A stretch of DNA of 64,000 nt. Source: an uncultured Melioribacteraceae bacterium (GTDB lineage Bacteria > Bacteroidota > Ignavibacteria > Ignavibacteriales > Melioribacteraceae). How positions within the stretch are numbered: position 1 is the stretch's first letter; the number at the start of each line of letters is the position of its first letter. The stretch covers positions 20,720-84,719 of the forward strand of contig CAZCLA010000011.1 of NCBI GenBank assembly GCA_964499285.1. The letters are read 5' to 3'. This document shows positions 20,289 through 30,412 of the stretch, piece by piece. Below the pieces are notes generated by a model that worked only from the letters and a program-made list of their open reading frames with translations, ran no database searches and was not told the DNA's origin. The translations under genes were made by a program, and so were the position numbers.

Positions 20289-20762
20289 ATGAAACGATTG
20301 ACAATTTTGCTGATAATTGTTTTTTCGATTTCGATAAAGGCACAGTTTAAAACCGATTCAGATAAGAAAGATCCTGTAATAAACAGTATTACTAATTATT
20401 CGCCTTCAAGTTTGTTCCTTGGATTTTTAAATCCCGATAACTTTACTATCCGTCACTCTGTTGGTATGTCTTACACTTCATTTGGAAACAACGGAATTGC
20501 GCTTGGTAGTTATACGGGAAGTATTGGATATGCTTTCAGTGACAAACTTAATGTGCAGGTTGATGCATCACTAGTTACTTCTCCTTACAGCTCATTTGGG
20601 GATCAGTTCTCGAAAGATATCAGCGGGTTGTACTTAAATCGTGCCGCCATCAATTATGCACCTAGCGAAAACACAAAATTTATTCTTGAGTTCAGACAAA
20701 TTCCTTATGGTTATTATAATCGCGGATATTACGGACCTTTCGGTTATGGATTTTATGATTAA
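20289..20762 (+). CDS. Hypothetical secreted protein, possibly a small outer-membrane beta-barrel
   Basis: Signal peptide (LLIIVFSISIKAQ), alternating beta-like pattern, and a Gly/Tyr-rich C-terminus. Confidence 0.55.
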   Translation: MKRLTILLIIVFSISIKAQFKTDSDKKDPVINSITNYSPSSLFLGFLNPDNFTIRHSVGMSYTSFGNNGIALGSYTGSIGYAFSDKLNVQVDASLVTSPYSSFGDQFSKDISGLYLNRAAINYAPSENTKFILEFRQIPYGYYNRGYYGPFGYGFYD

Positions 20763-20793
20763 CAAACAAAAGCTGAAATTTGTTATTTTTGAG

Positions 20794-20819
20794 AACCGGG
20801 ATTTCCCCGGTTTATTTTT
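20794..20819 (+). terminator. Rho-independent terminator
   Basis: AACCGGG (20794-20800) pairs with CCCGGTT (20807-20813), followed by a T-rich tail. Confidence 0.7.
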
Positions 20820-20836
20820 AAAATAGATACAGATCC

Positions 20837-21334
20837 TTGGCAAAAAAGAAAATAAGAAATATTAAATCCAATAACGAAGGTGAAATCAAATCTTCAATTA
20901 CAAATCTGTTGTTAAACATCATAATTTTTCTGCTAGCCGGTTTGATAATCTACATGGGTTTCTCTCTATTCATGAAATTCCGGACTGACAAAGAGATAAT
21001 ACAAAAGGTTGTGAATGATCCGCCACCTGCAGAAATTATTCAAGTTGAAGTATTAAACGGATGCGGTGTTCCGGGAACAGGGGATCGATTTAAAGATTTT
21101 CTTAGAAGTAAGGGATGCGATGTCGTCAATGTTGAGAATTATATCAATTTTAATGTTGAAAAAACTCTTGTTATTGATCGAATTGGAAATATATCAAACG
21201 CAAAAAAAATTGCTTCTCTACTTGGATCAAATGTTTCTTCGGTTTTTCCGCAGTTGAATGATGATTATTTTGTTGATGTTACCGTTATTATTGGGAAAGA
21301 TTATAGAGAATTAAATCCTGCAAAAAATTATTAA
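20837..21334 (+). CDS. LytR_C domain membrane protein
   Basis: TTG start, one TM, then VEVLNGCGVPGTGDRFKDFLRSKGCDVVNVENY, which is typical of the LytR C-terminal domain. Confidence 0.7.
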   Translation: MAKKKIRNIKSNNEGEIKSSITNLLLNIIIFLLAGLIIYMGFSLFMKFRTDKEIIQKVVNDPPPAEIIQVEVLNGCGVPGTGDRFKDFLRSKGCDVVNVENYINFNVEKTLVIDRIGNISNAKKIASLLGSNVSSVFPQLNDDYFVDVTVIIGKDYRELNPAKNY

Positions 21335-21342
21335 GGACAAAA

Positions 21343-21684
21343 ATGAAATTGATTGACCAAATTATCGAACACATTCAATCAAAAAAGGGAAGAAGTATTT
21401 CAGTATTGAACCTCACTAAACTTACTGCAATATCTGACTATTTTGTTATCTGTTCGGCAGATTCCGAACCGCAGGTTAAAGCCATCGCCGATGAGATAGT
21501 CAAAAAACTTGCTGACGAGGGGATTAAATGTTACCATAAGGAAGGATATGATACTTTGAATTGGGTGCTGTTGGATTATCTCGATGTAGTTGTTCATGTA
21601 TTCCGAAGCGAAGCAAGAAAATTTTATAACCTCGAACGACTCTGGGCTGATGCAAAAATCACTGAATATCCTGATGTTGATTAA
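21343..21684 (+). CDS. rsfS: Ribosome silencing factor RsfS
   Basis: 113 aa. DYFVICSADSEPQVKAIADEI...WVLLDYLDVVVHVF...YNLERLW. Confidence 0.9.
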   Translation: MKLIDQIIEHIQSKKGRSISVLNLTKLTAISDYFVICSADSEPQVKAIADEIVKKLADEGIKCYHKEGYDTLNWVLLDYLDVVVHVFRSEARKFYNLERLWADAKITEYPDVD

Positions 21685-21698
21685 TCAAGCGAGAAAAC

Positions 21699-23327
21699 AT
21701 GAAAAAGTATCTTGAAAAATTATTTGATTCTCTCTCACAAAAATTAACTTACATAAACGAAATAGAAATTCAATTCTCAATTCCTGCCGTTTCGGAACAT
21801 GGTGATTATTCGACTAACGTAGCAATGCTTTTAGCAAAAAGATTAAAAAAAAATCCAAGAGCAATTGCCTCAGAAATAATTGATAATCTGAAATTTGATG
21901 AAAACATAATCACTAAGGTTGAAATTGCAGGAGCAGGATTTATCAACTTCTTTTTTCATCCTGGTTATACCACTAAAATAATCTCCGAAATTATTGTACA
22001 AGATCAGCATTTCGGGAAGTGCAATAAATTTTTGGGGAAAAGAGCAAATGTAGAATTTGTTTCCGCAAACCCAACAGGTCCTCTTACAGTGGGTCACGGA
22101 AGAAATGCAGTTATCGGTGATACAATTGCCAATCTTCTCGAATCAATCGGTTATGAAGTTGATCGTGAATATTATTTTAACAATGCCGGCAGACAGATGC
22201 GTGTATTGGGCGAATCGCTTAAACTGCGTTATCTTGAACTACTTGGTGATAACATTGATTTTCCGGAAGACTATTATCAAGGCGAGTATCTTATTGATAT
22301 CGCAAGAAAGATTAAAGAAGAATTCGGTGAAAATTTTAAAAATGAGGATCCTTCAAAATTTTTTAAACAAAAGGCAGAATTAGAAATATTTGAAGATATA
22401 AAAAATACTTTGTCTCGATTAAAAATTGAGATGAAGAATTTTTTCAATGAACATTCACTTTACGAAAACGGACACATTCAGGATGTTTTGAATGCATTCA
22501 AGGATAAAAAATTTTCATACGAAAAAGAAGGTGCTGTTTGGCTGAAACTATCAGAGCTTGGAAATGAAAACGATAAAGTTATTGTAAAATCAACCGGTGA
22601 ACCAACCTACCGTCTTCCAGATATAGCGTATCACATAAATAAACTAGAGCGCAAATATGATCTGGTTGTAGATTTGTTCGGATCTGATCACAATGCTACT
22701 TATCCCGATGTGATTGCCGGGGTTAACGCATTGGGCTTCGACGGCTCAAAAATTAAAGTGGTAATCCACCAATTTGTTACTATTACCGACGGCGGCGAAA
22801 AGGTAAAGATGTCCACTCGTAAAGCAAATTTTATAACTCTTGATGAATTGATTGATGAAGTTGGTCCCGATGTTGTAAGATATTTTTTCATTATGAGGAA
22901 TGTTTCGTCCCATTTGAATTTTGATATTGCACTTGCAAAAAAACAGAATGAAGAAAATCCCGTCTTCTATTTACAGTATGCACATGCGAGAATATGTTCT
23001 ATTCTTAGAATGACGAAAGAACAAAATCTCGCTGCATCGCAAGAGAATTTGTCGTTATTAAATTCCGAAGTTGAACAGAGTTTGATAAAGAAACTGCATC
23101 AATTTGAAGAAGTAATTTCATATGCCGCTGAATTGTTCGAGCCAAATAAATTGACAAGTTATCTGGAAGAAACTGCCTCGTTATTTCATAAGTTTTATAC
23201 TGAATGCCGAATTTTAGGCTCAGAAAAGGATTTAGCCGAAGCAAGAATAGCACTTTGTGAATCAGTCAAAATACTTCTGAAAAACGGGTTGTCTATTCTT
23301 GGTTTAAACGCTCCTGAAAAAATGTAG
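21699..23327 (+). CDS. argS: Arginyl-tRNA synthetase
   Basis: SANPTGPLTVGHGRN (HIGH region), MSTRKANF, and a C-terminal anticodon-binding domain ending in the YAHARI region. Confidence 0.95.
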   Translation: MKKYLEKLFDSLSQKLTYINEIEIQFSIPAVSEHGDYSTNVAMLLAKRLKKNPRAIASEIIDNLKFDENIITKVEIAGAGFINFFFHPGYTTKIISEIIVQDQHFGKCNKFLGKRANVEFVSANPTGPLTVGHGRNAVIGDTIANLLESIGYEVDREYYFNNAGRQMRVLGESLKLRYLELLGDNIDFPEDYYQGEYLIDIARKIKEEFGENFKNEDPSKFFKQKAELEIFEDIKNTLSRLKIEMKNFFNEHSLYENGHIQDVLNAFKDKKFSYEKEGAVWLKLSELGNENDKVIVKSTGEPTYRLPDIAYHINKLERKYDLVVDLFGSDHNATYPDVIAGVNALGFDGSKIKVVIHQFVTITDGGEKVKMSTRKANFITLDELIDEVGPDVVRYFFIMRNVSSHLNFDIALAKKQNEENPVFYLQYAHARICSILRMTKEQNLAASQENLSLLNSEVEQSLIKKLHQFEEVISYAAELFEPNKLTSYLEETASLFHKFYTECRILGSEKDLAEARIALCESVKILLKNGLSILGLNAPEKM

Positions 23328-24018
23328 TATTAATCGATGTTAATGCCGCACTTACTGCATAAATATTTTGTGCTCCCATATCCTTTAAATTTTTTGCAGC
23401 CTCTGAAATTGTTGCTCCTGTTGTTATAATATCATCCACGATTATAAAGGAGTTTCCCTTAAATTTAAAATTCTTTTTGATCGAAAATGCGCCGGCAACA
23501 TTTTGCTTACGCTCGATTACATTTAAATTTGTTTGCGAAGGAGTTGGTCTCTTTCGTTTTAGGTATTTTGAATAATCGGGAATTTTTAATACTGAAGAAA
23601 TTCCTTTCACAATAAAATCGGATTGATTATACCCTCGAATCACTTTTTTTGAAGGATGTAACGGAACTGCAAAAATCCCTTCATATTTCCAATCCGTTTT
23701 GGTTTTGTGTAATTCTTCACCGATTAATTTGCCGAGGAACTTTCCGAACATAAATTTTCTTTTATACTTTAATTCGTGAATTAAATCTCTAATTGGTGAA
23801 TCCTCCTCGAAAAGAAATAATGAAAACATATCGTCGATAATTTTCTCACCATGAAATGATTTCTTATACTCTGCGTCTAGAAATTCTTTTGGGACTTGTT
23901 TAATTTCATTGAGACATAAATTACAAATGTAATTTTCTAGAGGAGTCAGTCGTGATTTACATGAGGTACAAGAACGTGGGATGAAAAAATCAAAGATTAT
24001 GTTCGGGTGGAAAATCAT
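23293..24018 (-). CDS. comF: ComF-family phosphoribosyltransferase
   Basis: N-terminal CxxC...CxxC (CTSCKS..CNLC) and the PRTase motif FIIVDDIITTGATI. Confidence 0.85.
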   Translation of the reverse strand: MIFHPNIIFDFFIPRSCTSCKSRLTPLENYICNLCLNEIKQVPKEFLDAEYKKSFHGEKIIDDMFSLFLFEEDSPIRDLIHELKYKRKFMFGKFLGKLIGEELHKTKTDWKYEGIFAVPLHPSKKVIRGYNQSDFIVKGISSVLKIPDYSKYLKRKRPTPSQTNLNVIERKQNVAGAFSIKKNFKFKGNSFIIVDDIITTGATISEAAKNLKDMGAQNIYAVSAALTSINTTFFQERLNQE

Positions 24019-24019
24019 T

Positions 24020-26152
24020 TTACAATAATCCGCTCCTTTTTCTAATAATCCATTCTAGGGCAAAAATTACAATTATTATTATCAGCAATGTTTCAAAAGT
24101 CCATAAGTTATAACTATTTGTTATCTCTTTGTCTACTTTCTGTGATGATGAAATCTTTTCAAGATTTTCAATCAAAGCCGGGTAATTATTAATATCAAAA
24201 TATCTCCCGCCGGAGATTTGTGCTAGTCGAGTAAGAAAATTCTTATCCAAGGTAGGATCAACAAACTCTATATTTGTCTTTTCAACTAGAAAGCTGCCTT
24301 CTTCAGTTTCCGCTTGTCCATTGCTTTGAATTGCATCAACCGTAAATTCATAATTGCCATGAACTAAATTATCAATTTGAGCTGAATATTTTCCATCACC
24401 TTCTGGAAGTAAATTTATTTTTGATAATTGATTTGTATTCTTAATGGTCAGCTCAATTGTTCCGTCATTGACCGGTTGAAGAGATTCGTCATAAAATTCT
24501 GCTTGAAAAATTACAGGTTCGCCTTGTGAATAAATGTCCTTGTTGGTTCTTATTCTGAAACGTTTTAATTCAGAATCGGTATTAAGCCATTTAATGGAAT
24601 TCTCAATTAAAAGATCAAAAAGGAAATCGGTGTTTGAATTTGATTTTAATTTCCATTTCCAGATGTTAGCGGCTAATATTGAAATATTTTTGCTTAAGCC
24701 GGTCGAATTGGTTATGATGAAAGGAATTTCGGAACTTTCACCATTTATGTTTATTGTCGCAGCTATCTGTGCTCCCATTTTTATTCCATATTGTGCTCCC
24801 GAATAGTTGACGGGAGGTAATGTGTTCCAGATTTCGGGATTATCATTGGCAATAGAGAAAATGGGACTGAATTTATTCTCCAAATTCAACTGAATTTCAG
24901 AACTCTTTCGAGGATTTGTTTGTACGGTAAAGCTCAATATTTCATCAAAATATCTTAATTTATTGTAATCAATATTATTACCTAAGATGAATAAATAAGG
25001 CAACTTATCATCCTTTATTTTAGAGACTACTTGTAATAAATTGTTTTGTGGGGTGAATTTGCCCGGATAGTTTACAAGTACTAAGATTTTAGCAGAATCA
25101 AGTTTTGTTTCCAGTTCAGCTTGTGACGGTTGTGAACTGCTAATTTCGACGTGCTCCGTTATGTGATAATCTTTATTCGGGAGCAAAGTTCTCTTCAAAA
25201 AAGTAAAATCCGCACTCGGACTTCCAGATAAAAATAAAATATTTAGTTTGCTGTCAAGAACCGTAATACGAAATGATTTTGAATTATTGTCAGTAAGTAT
25301 TTCATCATCAAATTTTGTAACAGATATTGTAAAAATTTCTTGTCCGGCTCTTTCAGGAGTGAATTCAAATTCAAGTTTGTTAATACCGTTTTCGTTTAGT
25401 GTCGTAAATTTCTCATCAATTATTTCATTATTTTTAATTAACCTAACAACAACTCGCTCACCGCCAAAGCCATTATTTACGATCATCGTTTCAAAAATTG
25501 TTTTCGAATCTTGATACAATAGACTGTTGTATGAGATGCTTTCTACAACTACATCTTTATATTTTGTTGTATCACCGATGCCGATTGTGTGAATTGGAAT
25601 ACCAAGTTTTTCCGCAGCAAATAACGGATTTTTTCCGTTTGTTATTTTTCCATCACTGATGATCAAAGCGGAAGAAATTTTTCGTTCATCATTTTCTAAT
25701 GAATTAATCACGGATTCAAAATCGGTCGTCGCTCCGTTAAAAAAAATGATCTTATCAAGCGTATCTGTATTTCCAAGTTTTCTTATTCCTGAATTGAACA
25801 AAATCACTTCGCTTTTAATTTCTGAATTGCTGAAATCATTTATAACTTGCTTTATAATTTCTGTATTATCAGAACTGTCCTTGTGGGCTAGAGACTGTGA
25901 ATTATCCACAAAAAGTAAATTCAGCGGAACTTCCTCTTCGTAATTAATGAATGAAAATGTGGGTTCAAAAATTAGGAGAAAAATCAAAATAACTGCAGAC
26001 GCTCTTAAAGTGAACAATAGAATTTTAAGAGGTTTAGATAATTGAGGTATTGTGAATTTATACACAAAAAATGTATATGCTGCGAGAAGAAGAATCCCAA
26101 AAATTATGGTTATTGGATTTGAAGAAAAAGTTAAATCGAAGGAGTCAAACAT
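24020..26152 (-). CDS. Large membrane-anchored vWA-domain protein (BatA/BatB-like N-terminus)
   Basis: Two N-terminal TMs and one C-terminal TM. MIDAS-like LLFVDNSQSL (DxSxS) and ..LIISDGKITNG...IHTIGIGDT. Confidence 0.7.
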   Translation of the reverse strand: MFDSFDLTFSSNPITIIFGILLLAAYTFFVYKFTIPQLSKPLKILLFTLRASAVILIFLLIFEPTFSFINYEEEVPLNLLFVDNSQSLAHKDSSDNTEIIKQVINDFSNSEIKSEVILFNSGIRKLGNTDTLDKIIFFNGATTDFESVINSLENDERKISSALIISDGKITNGKNPLFAAEKLGIPIHTIGIGDTTKYKDVVVESISYNSLLYQDSKTIFETMIVNNGFGGERVVVRLIKNNEIIDEKFTTLNENGINKLEFEFTPERAGQEIFTISVTKFDDEILTDNNSKSFRITVLDSKLNILFLSGSPSADFTFLKRTLLPNKDYHITEHVEISSSQPSQAELETKLDSAKILVLVNYPGKFTPQNNLLQVVSKIKDDKLPYLFILGNNIDYNKLRYFDEILSFTVQTNPRKSSEIQLNLENKFSPIFSIANDNPEIWNTLPPVNYSGAQYGIKMGAQIAATININGESSEIPFIITNSTGLSKNISILAANIWKWKLKSNSNTDFLFDLLIENSIKWLNTDSELKRFRIRTNKDIYSQGEPVIFQAEFYDESLQPVNDGTIELTIKNTNQLSKINLLPEGDGKYSAQIDNLVHGNYEFTVDAIQSNGQAETEEGSFLVEKTNIEFVDPTLDKNFLTRLAQISGGRYFDINNYPALIENLEKISSSQKVDKEITNSYNLWTFETLLIIIIVIFALEWIIRKRSGLL

Positions 26153-26164
26153 TTATTGCAAATT

Positions 26165-26989
26165 TTAATTATCGGATAATTTAGATACACTATCCAGTTC
26201 GGAAATGTTCCAATTCTGCATTTCTGAATAAGTTTCATAATCTGTTAGATCGAAATGAATCGGTGTTACAGAAACGTAATTTTTCAGAACTGCTTTGTGA
26301 TCCATGTTCTCCTCTGTATCCGTAACGTTAAGTTCTCCGGTAAGCCAGAAATATTTGTTCCCGAAAGGATCAATTCGTTCTTCATAAGTCTCGAGCCATT
26401 TTGACTTGCCTTGTTTGGTTAGTTTTACTCCTTCAATTTCATTTCCCGGAATGTCAGGAACATTTACGTTTAAAAGAGTACCTTTTGGTAAGTCTTTTGC
26501 TATTAACAGTTTTGCCAAATTTGCTGCAAACTTAGCTGCGTAATTGAAATTCTTAACTTGATGACTTGTAACCGACACGGCAATTGCCGGAATATCCATT
26601 ATAGCAGCTTCTCTAGCTGCCGAAACAGTTCCCGAATAAATTATATTTATTGCTGTGTTTGAACCGTGATTAATTCCCGAAATTACTACGTCGGGAACAT
26701 CTTTAATTATGTTTCTCATTCCAATTTTGACACAATCTGCCGGAGTACCGTCGACAGCATAACCGAAAAATTCACCTCGTCTGAAAACTTCTTTAATCCT
26801 AAGCGGAATTTTCATTGTTATCGCGTGTCCAACAGCCGATTGTTCTGAAGAAGGCGCTACTACCGTAACGTCTCCAACCTTTTTCAATTCCTGAACAAGT
26901 TCGTATATACCTTGCGAGTGTATTCCGTCGTCGTTGGAAACCAAAATTTTCAATATGTTTTCCGGTTTATGATTATCAAACAAGTGCAA
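26165..26989 (-). CDS. surE: 5'/3'-nucleotidase SurE
   Basis: ILVSNDDGIHSQGI, GINHGSN, SGTVSAAREA. Confidence 0.9.
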   Translation of the reverse strand: MHLFDNHKPENILKILVSNDDGIHSQGIYELVQELKKVGDVTVVAPSSEQSAVGHAITMKIPLRIKEVFRRGEFFGYAVDGTPADCVKIGMRNIIKDVPDVVISGINHGSNTAINIIYSGTVSAAREAAIMDIPAIAVSVTSHQVKNFNYAAKFAANLAKLLIAKDLPKGTLLNVNVPDIPGNEIEGVKLTKQGKSKWLETYEERIDPFGNKYFWLTGELNVTDTEENMDHKAVLKNYVSVTPIHFDLTDYETYSEMQNWNISELDSVSKLSDN

Positions 26990-27049
26990 ATATACTTATT
27001 TTGGTACTGCTATTCCATTTGATTTATTGTGTTGACCAAGGTTTTAAAT

Positions 27050-27880
27050 ATGAAAATGTATATTACTGCCGTAATGATTTGTGTTTTATTCTCGGCGATT
27101 AATTTGAATGCACAAATAGAAGAAGATGAAATCGAGGTAATATTAATCGATGCCTACGTTTCTCCGAATCCTCCGTATGAATTTGTGTTGTCTTTTTTTA
27201 CACTGCTTCCGGTAAAATCATCGGTGATTATCGACAATAGATTTCAAGTTATTGTCTCTGATTCATTAAATGAAGATCATGCAAAGAGAATTTCAATTGA
27301 GAAGATGGAATTCGATTCATTGAGGATTCCATTTTATATCGAGGTTCAAACAGATAGTATAATCAGCAGGAGTGAAATTTACACTCTGGAATTAACTAAA
27401 CTAGAAGAAACAGAAACAAGCACTTGGACGAGTTTGTTTCATCTTTGTATTGGAGGAATAGTTTTTTTTGTTCCTTCAACCGGTGTTACTATGATTGATG
27501 GCGGAACTTATTTTAATCTCGGCAAGGAAATACCAATCTATAATTTTTATTCCGGAGGATATAATTATCCCACATCGTATTTAAGTTTTGAGTTTACTTA
27601 CACATTTGGAAACGGGATTAGAAATATATTCCGGCTTGGATATAAAAAGATTTTTGAACTTCCCGTTATAGAATTTATTTCTCCAGGTGTTTCAGTATTT
27701 ACTAATTTTGTTGGTGTAAACGGACTATCACCCGAAATGAGCGTCGGGCTATTTAAAATTTCTAGAGTCTTTACACTATATTCACGATATCGTTATAACT
27801 ATCAGCCGGGAGGAATTAATTTTCGTTCCCACGAAATAAGTATTGGTTTATACTCACATTTTTTTTCATTGAACTTATAA
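27050..27880 (+). CDS. Hypothetical secreted protein upstream of the TonB-dependent receptor
   Basis: Signal peptide MKMYITAVMICVLFSAINLNAQ. The C-terminal half is beta-rich and ends in aromatic residues. The ORF also opens at GTG 27029. Confidence 0.55.
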   Translation: MKMYITAVMICVLFSAINLNAQIEEDEIEVILIDAYVSPNPPYEFVLSFFTLLPVKSSVIIDNRFQVIVSDSLNEDHAKRISIEKMEFDSLRIPFYIEVQTDSIISRSEIYTLELTKLEETETSTWTSLFHLCIGGIVFFVPSTGVTMIDGGTYFNLGKEIPIYNFYSGGYNYPTSYLSFEFTYTFGNGIRNIFRLGYKKIFELPVIEFISPGVSVFTNFVGVNGLSPEMSVGLFKISRVFTLYSRYRYNYQPGGINFRSHEISIGLYSHFFSLNL

Positions 27881-30412
27881 ATGAGAGCAATTTTTTTTTT
27901 CATAGTATCATTTCTTTTTCAAGCACTTGCTTTTGCACAGACAGGGAATTTAGTAGGAATTGTTACCTCTGAAAAAAAAACACTTCCGGGAGTTAATGTT
28001 TTTGTGCTTGATCAAGGAATAGGAGGTGCAACGGACGAAGACGGTAGTTACAGAATCAAAAATATAAAGGAGGGAAACCATAAGGTTCGATTCAGTTCGG
28101 TTGGATTTCAAACAAAATTTATTGATGTTATAATTTTTGCAAATAAAACATTGGAATTAAATGTTGACTTATCTGCTGAAGCTATTGAAGTTGGTTTGGT
28201 TGAGGTAATTGATAAAGGTATCGAATCGGAGAAGAGAAGTCAAGTAAGTTTGTTGGATGTTGAACCATCGTCGGTACGAATTCTTCCGGGAGCAGTTACT
28301 GATGTCTTCCGAACTTTGCAAACCCTTCCGGGAGTCCTTTCACCAAATGATTTTTCTTCCCAGCTAATTGTAAGAGGCAGCGGTCCGGATCAGAATCTTA
28401 TCATTATGGATGATGTAGAGATATTTAATCCATACAGACTTTATGGCGTTGTAAGCATGTTCAACCCTGAAACTGTTACGGATATAAACCTCATAACAGG
28501 AGGATTTCCGGCAAAATACGGGGATCGACTTTCAGCTGTATTGGACATTTCAAATCGGCAGGGAAATTTATCTAAATCACTCACAGGCAATCTCAACGCC
28601 TCAATTGTAAGTGCAAATTTAGTGCTAGAAGGAAAGAATCCTTTTTCACTTCCGGGCAGCTGGTTATTGACCTCAAGAAGAACATACTATGATCTTATAA
28701 TTGAACCGTTTGTAAAAAGCGCAGGTTTAGTCGAAGAAAACGTGACATTCCCTAATTTTTTTGATATTCAAACTAAGTGGGTTTTCGGTCCATTTGAAGG
28801 ACATAAATTCTTTTTGAACGGAATACTTTCGAGAGATGCGGTAAACGTAGTAACCGGTGAGGAAAGAGTTACTCCCGACAGTGTTTCTGTTGTAAACGAT
28901 ACCAATAACAACTTAGTAAGTCTTGCTTGGCATTATGCCCCAAACAATAGTTTTTTAAACAAGCTGGTTCTGTCCTGGTATACAAATGATGGAGCAAGCG
29001 ATCTTGATTCTGAAATTCTTGATCCTTCACTTAACCGTGAAGCCTTTGAAAATGCTTCGGCAGACACCTTATCAGCATATCTACTCAATTTTGGTGTAAC
29101 CTCGGATTTTGGTTTTGAGAAATATGCTGTCGATGATAAAATGACAATCATTTGGAATAATGCGAATGTTCTTGAAGCTGGCCTCGGCATGGATTTTATG
29201 AAAACAAAATTGACCTTCGATTTTAACATCGATCCTTCACTGCAAGAGGTTCTTGTCTCAAATCCATTTATACGAACAGCGTTTGTCGATTTGAATGATA
29301 CTAAAGAGTACAATCGATATCGGGCATACATCCAAAACAGATTTGTGCTGTCGGAAAAACTAAGTGTTACTCCCGGACTACGTTATGATTTCTATAATAT
29401 TATTAACAAGGGATATGTTGCTCCCAGGCTGTCAGCTGCGTATAAACTTGATGACTTAACAACGCTAAAAACCAATTGGGGAATCTATTACCAGTCAATC
29501 GGTTATGAAAAATTACGGGACCGACAAATTCTATTCGATCTTTCAGATCAATACACTCTTTCACTAAGGTCCGAAAAAGCTGTTCATTATGTGCTCGGTT
29601 TAGAAAGATGGATTACTTCGGAATGGATGGCAAGAATTGAAACTTATTATAAGGATTTTGACAATCTTATAGAACCCAAAAGAGTTAGGGGAGTTTCTTA
29701 TTTTACCGAAAGAGTTCCGGGAACTGATCCAAAAAAAAATGAGGGCTGGACACGCCCTGTTCCTGTTTATGGAGATTCGTTAACTACAATTCCGGTTAAC
29801 AGTTCTTACGGAGAGGCTTTTGGAATTGAATTTTTTTTAGAAAAAAGAAATATTGCCGGTAATAGTAAAATTGATGGTTGGTTTTCTTATTCATTTTCAA
29901 AAGCTGCGAGGTACGAAAGCGGTATTGAGATTCCATTTCAATTCGATCAAAGACATACATTAAATTTAGTGCTAAACTATACGATAAATAATTGGCTAGA
30001 TATTGGGGTTAGGTTTCAGTATGGTTCCGGCTTTCCATTCACTGAACCAATAGGTGTTAAACCAAGAATAATTCTTGAAGATAACGATGCTGACGGAATT
30101 ACTGAAACACCGGTTATTGCTACAAGAAAAGTAGGTGGTTCGGAGGAAGTAATTTTTGATGTTGCTTACGGTGATCTTTCAAACACGTTTTCATCCAAAA
30201 AACCAGCATATCACAGACTGGATTTGCGGCTGACGGCTAAAGCTGATTACTGGGATCTCGATTGGTCATTTTATCTTGATATTATTAATGTATATAATCG
30301 ATCAAATGTTTTAAATTACGACTACGCAGTTTCACGGGAATTAAGATTGGAAAGAATTACGACTTCCATGTTTCCGATACTTCCGACATTTGGATTTATA
30401 GTAAATTTTTAA
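27881..30412 (+). CDS. TonB-dependent receptor with an N-terminal CarboxypepD_reg-like domain
   Basis: Signal peptide, GIVTSEKKTLPGVNVFV...DGSYRIKNIKEGNHKVRFSSVGF, a plug region (ILPGAVTDVFRTLQTLPGV), and a C-terminal beta-barrel ending in ..FGFIVNF. Confidence 0.9.
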   Translation: MRAIFFFIVSFLFQALAFAQTGNLVGIVTSEKKTLPGVNVFVLDQGIGGATDEDGSYRIKNIKEGNHKVRFSSVGFQTKFIDVIIFANKTLELNVDLSAEAIEVGLVEVIDKGIESEKRSQVSLLDVEPSSVRILPGAVTDVFRTLQTLPGVLSPNDFSSQLIVRGSGPDQNLIIMDDVEIFNPYRLYGVVSMFNPETVTDINLITGGFPAKYGDRLSAVLDISNRQGNLSKSLTGNLNASIVSANLVLEGKNPFSLPGSWLLTSRRTYYDLIIEPFVKSAGLVEENVTFPNFFDIQTKWVFGPFEGHKFFLNGILSRDAVNVVTGEERVTPDSVSVVNDTNNNLVSLAWHYAPNNSFLNKLVLSWYTNDGASDLDSEILDPSLNREAFENASADTLSAYLLNFGVTSDFGFEKYAVDDKMTIIWNNANVLEAGLGMDFMKTKLTFDFNIDPSLQEVLVSNPFIRTAFVDLNDTKEYNRYRAYIQNRFVLSEKLSVTPGLRYDFYNIINKGYVAPRLSAAYKLDDLTTLKTNWGIYYQSIGYEKLRDRQILFDLSDQYTLSLRSEKAVHYVLGLERWITSEWMARIETYYKDFDNLIEPKRVRGVSYFTERVPGTDPKKNEGWTRPVPVYGDSLTTIPVNSSYGEAFGIEFFLEKRNIAGNSKIDGWFSYSFSKAARYESGIEIPFQFDQRHTLNLVLNYTINNWLDIGVRFQYGSGFPFTEPIGVKPRIILEDNDADGITETPVIATRKVGGSEEVIFDVAYGDLSNTFSSKKPAYHRLDLRLTAKADYWDLDWSFYLDIINVYNRSNVLNYDYAVSRELRLERITTSMFPILPTFGFIVNF

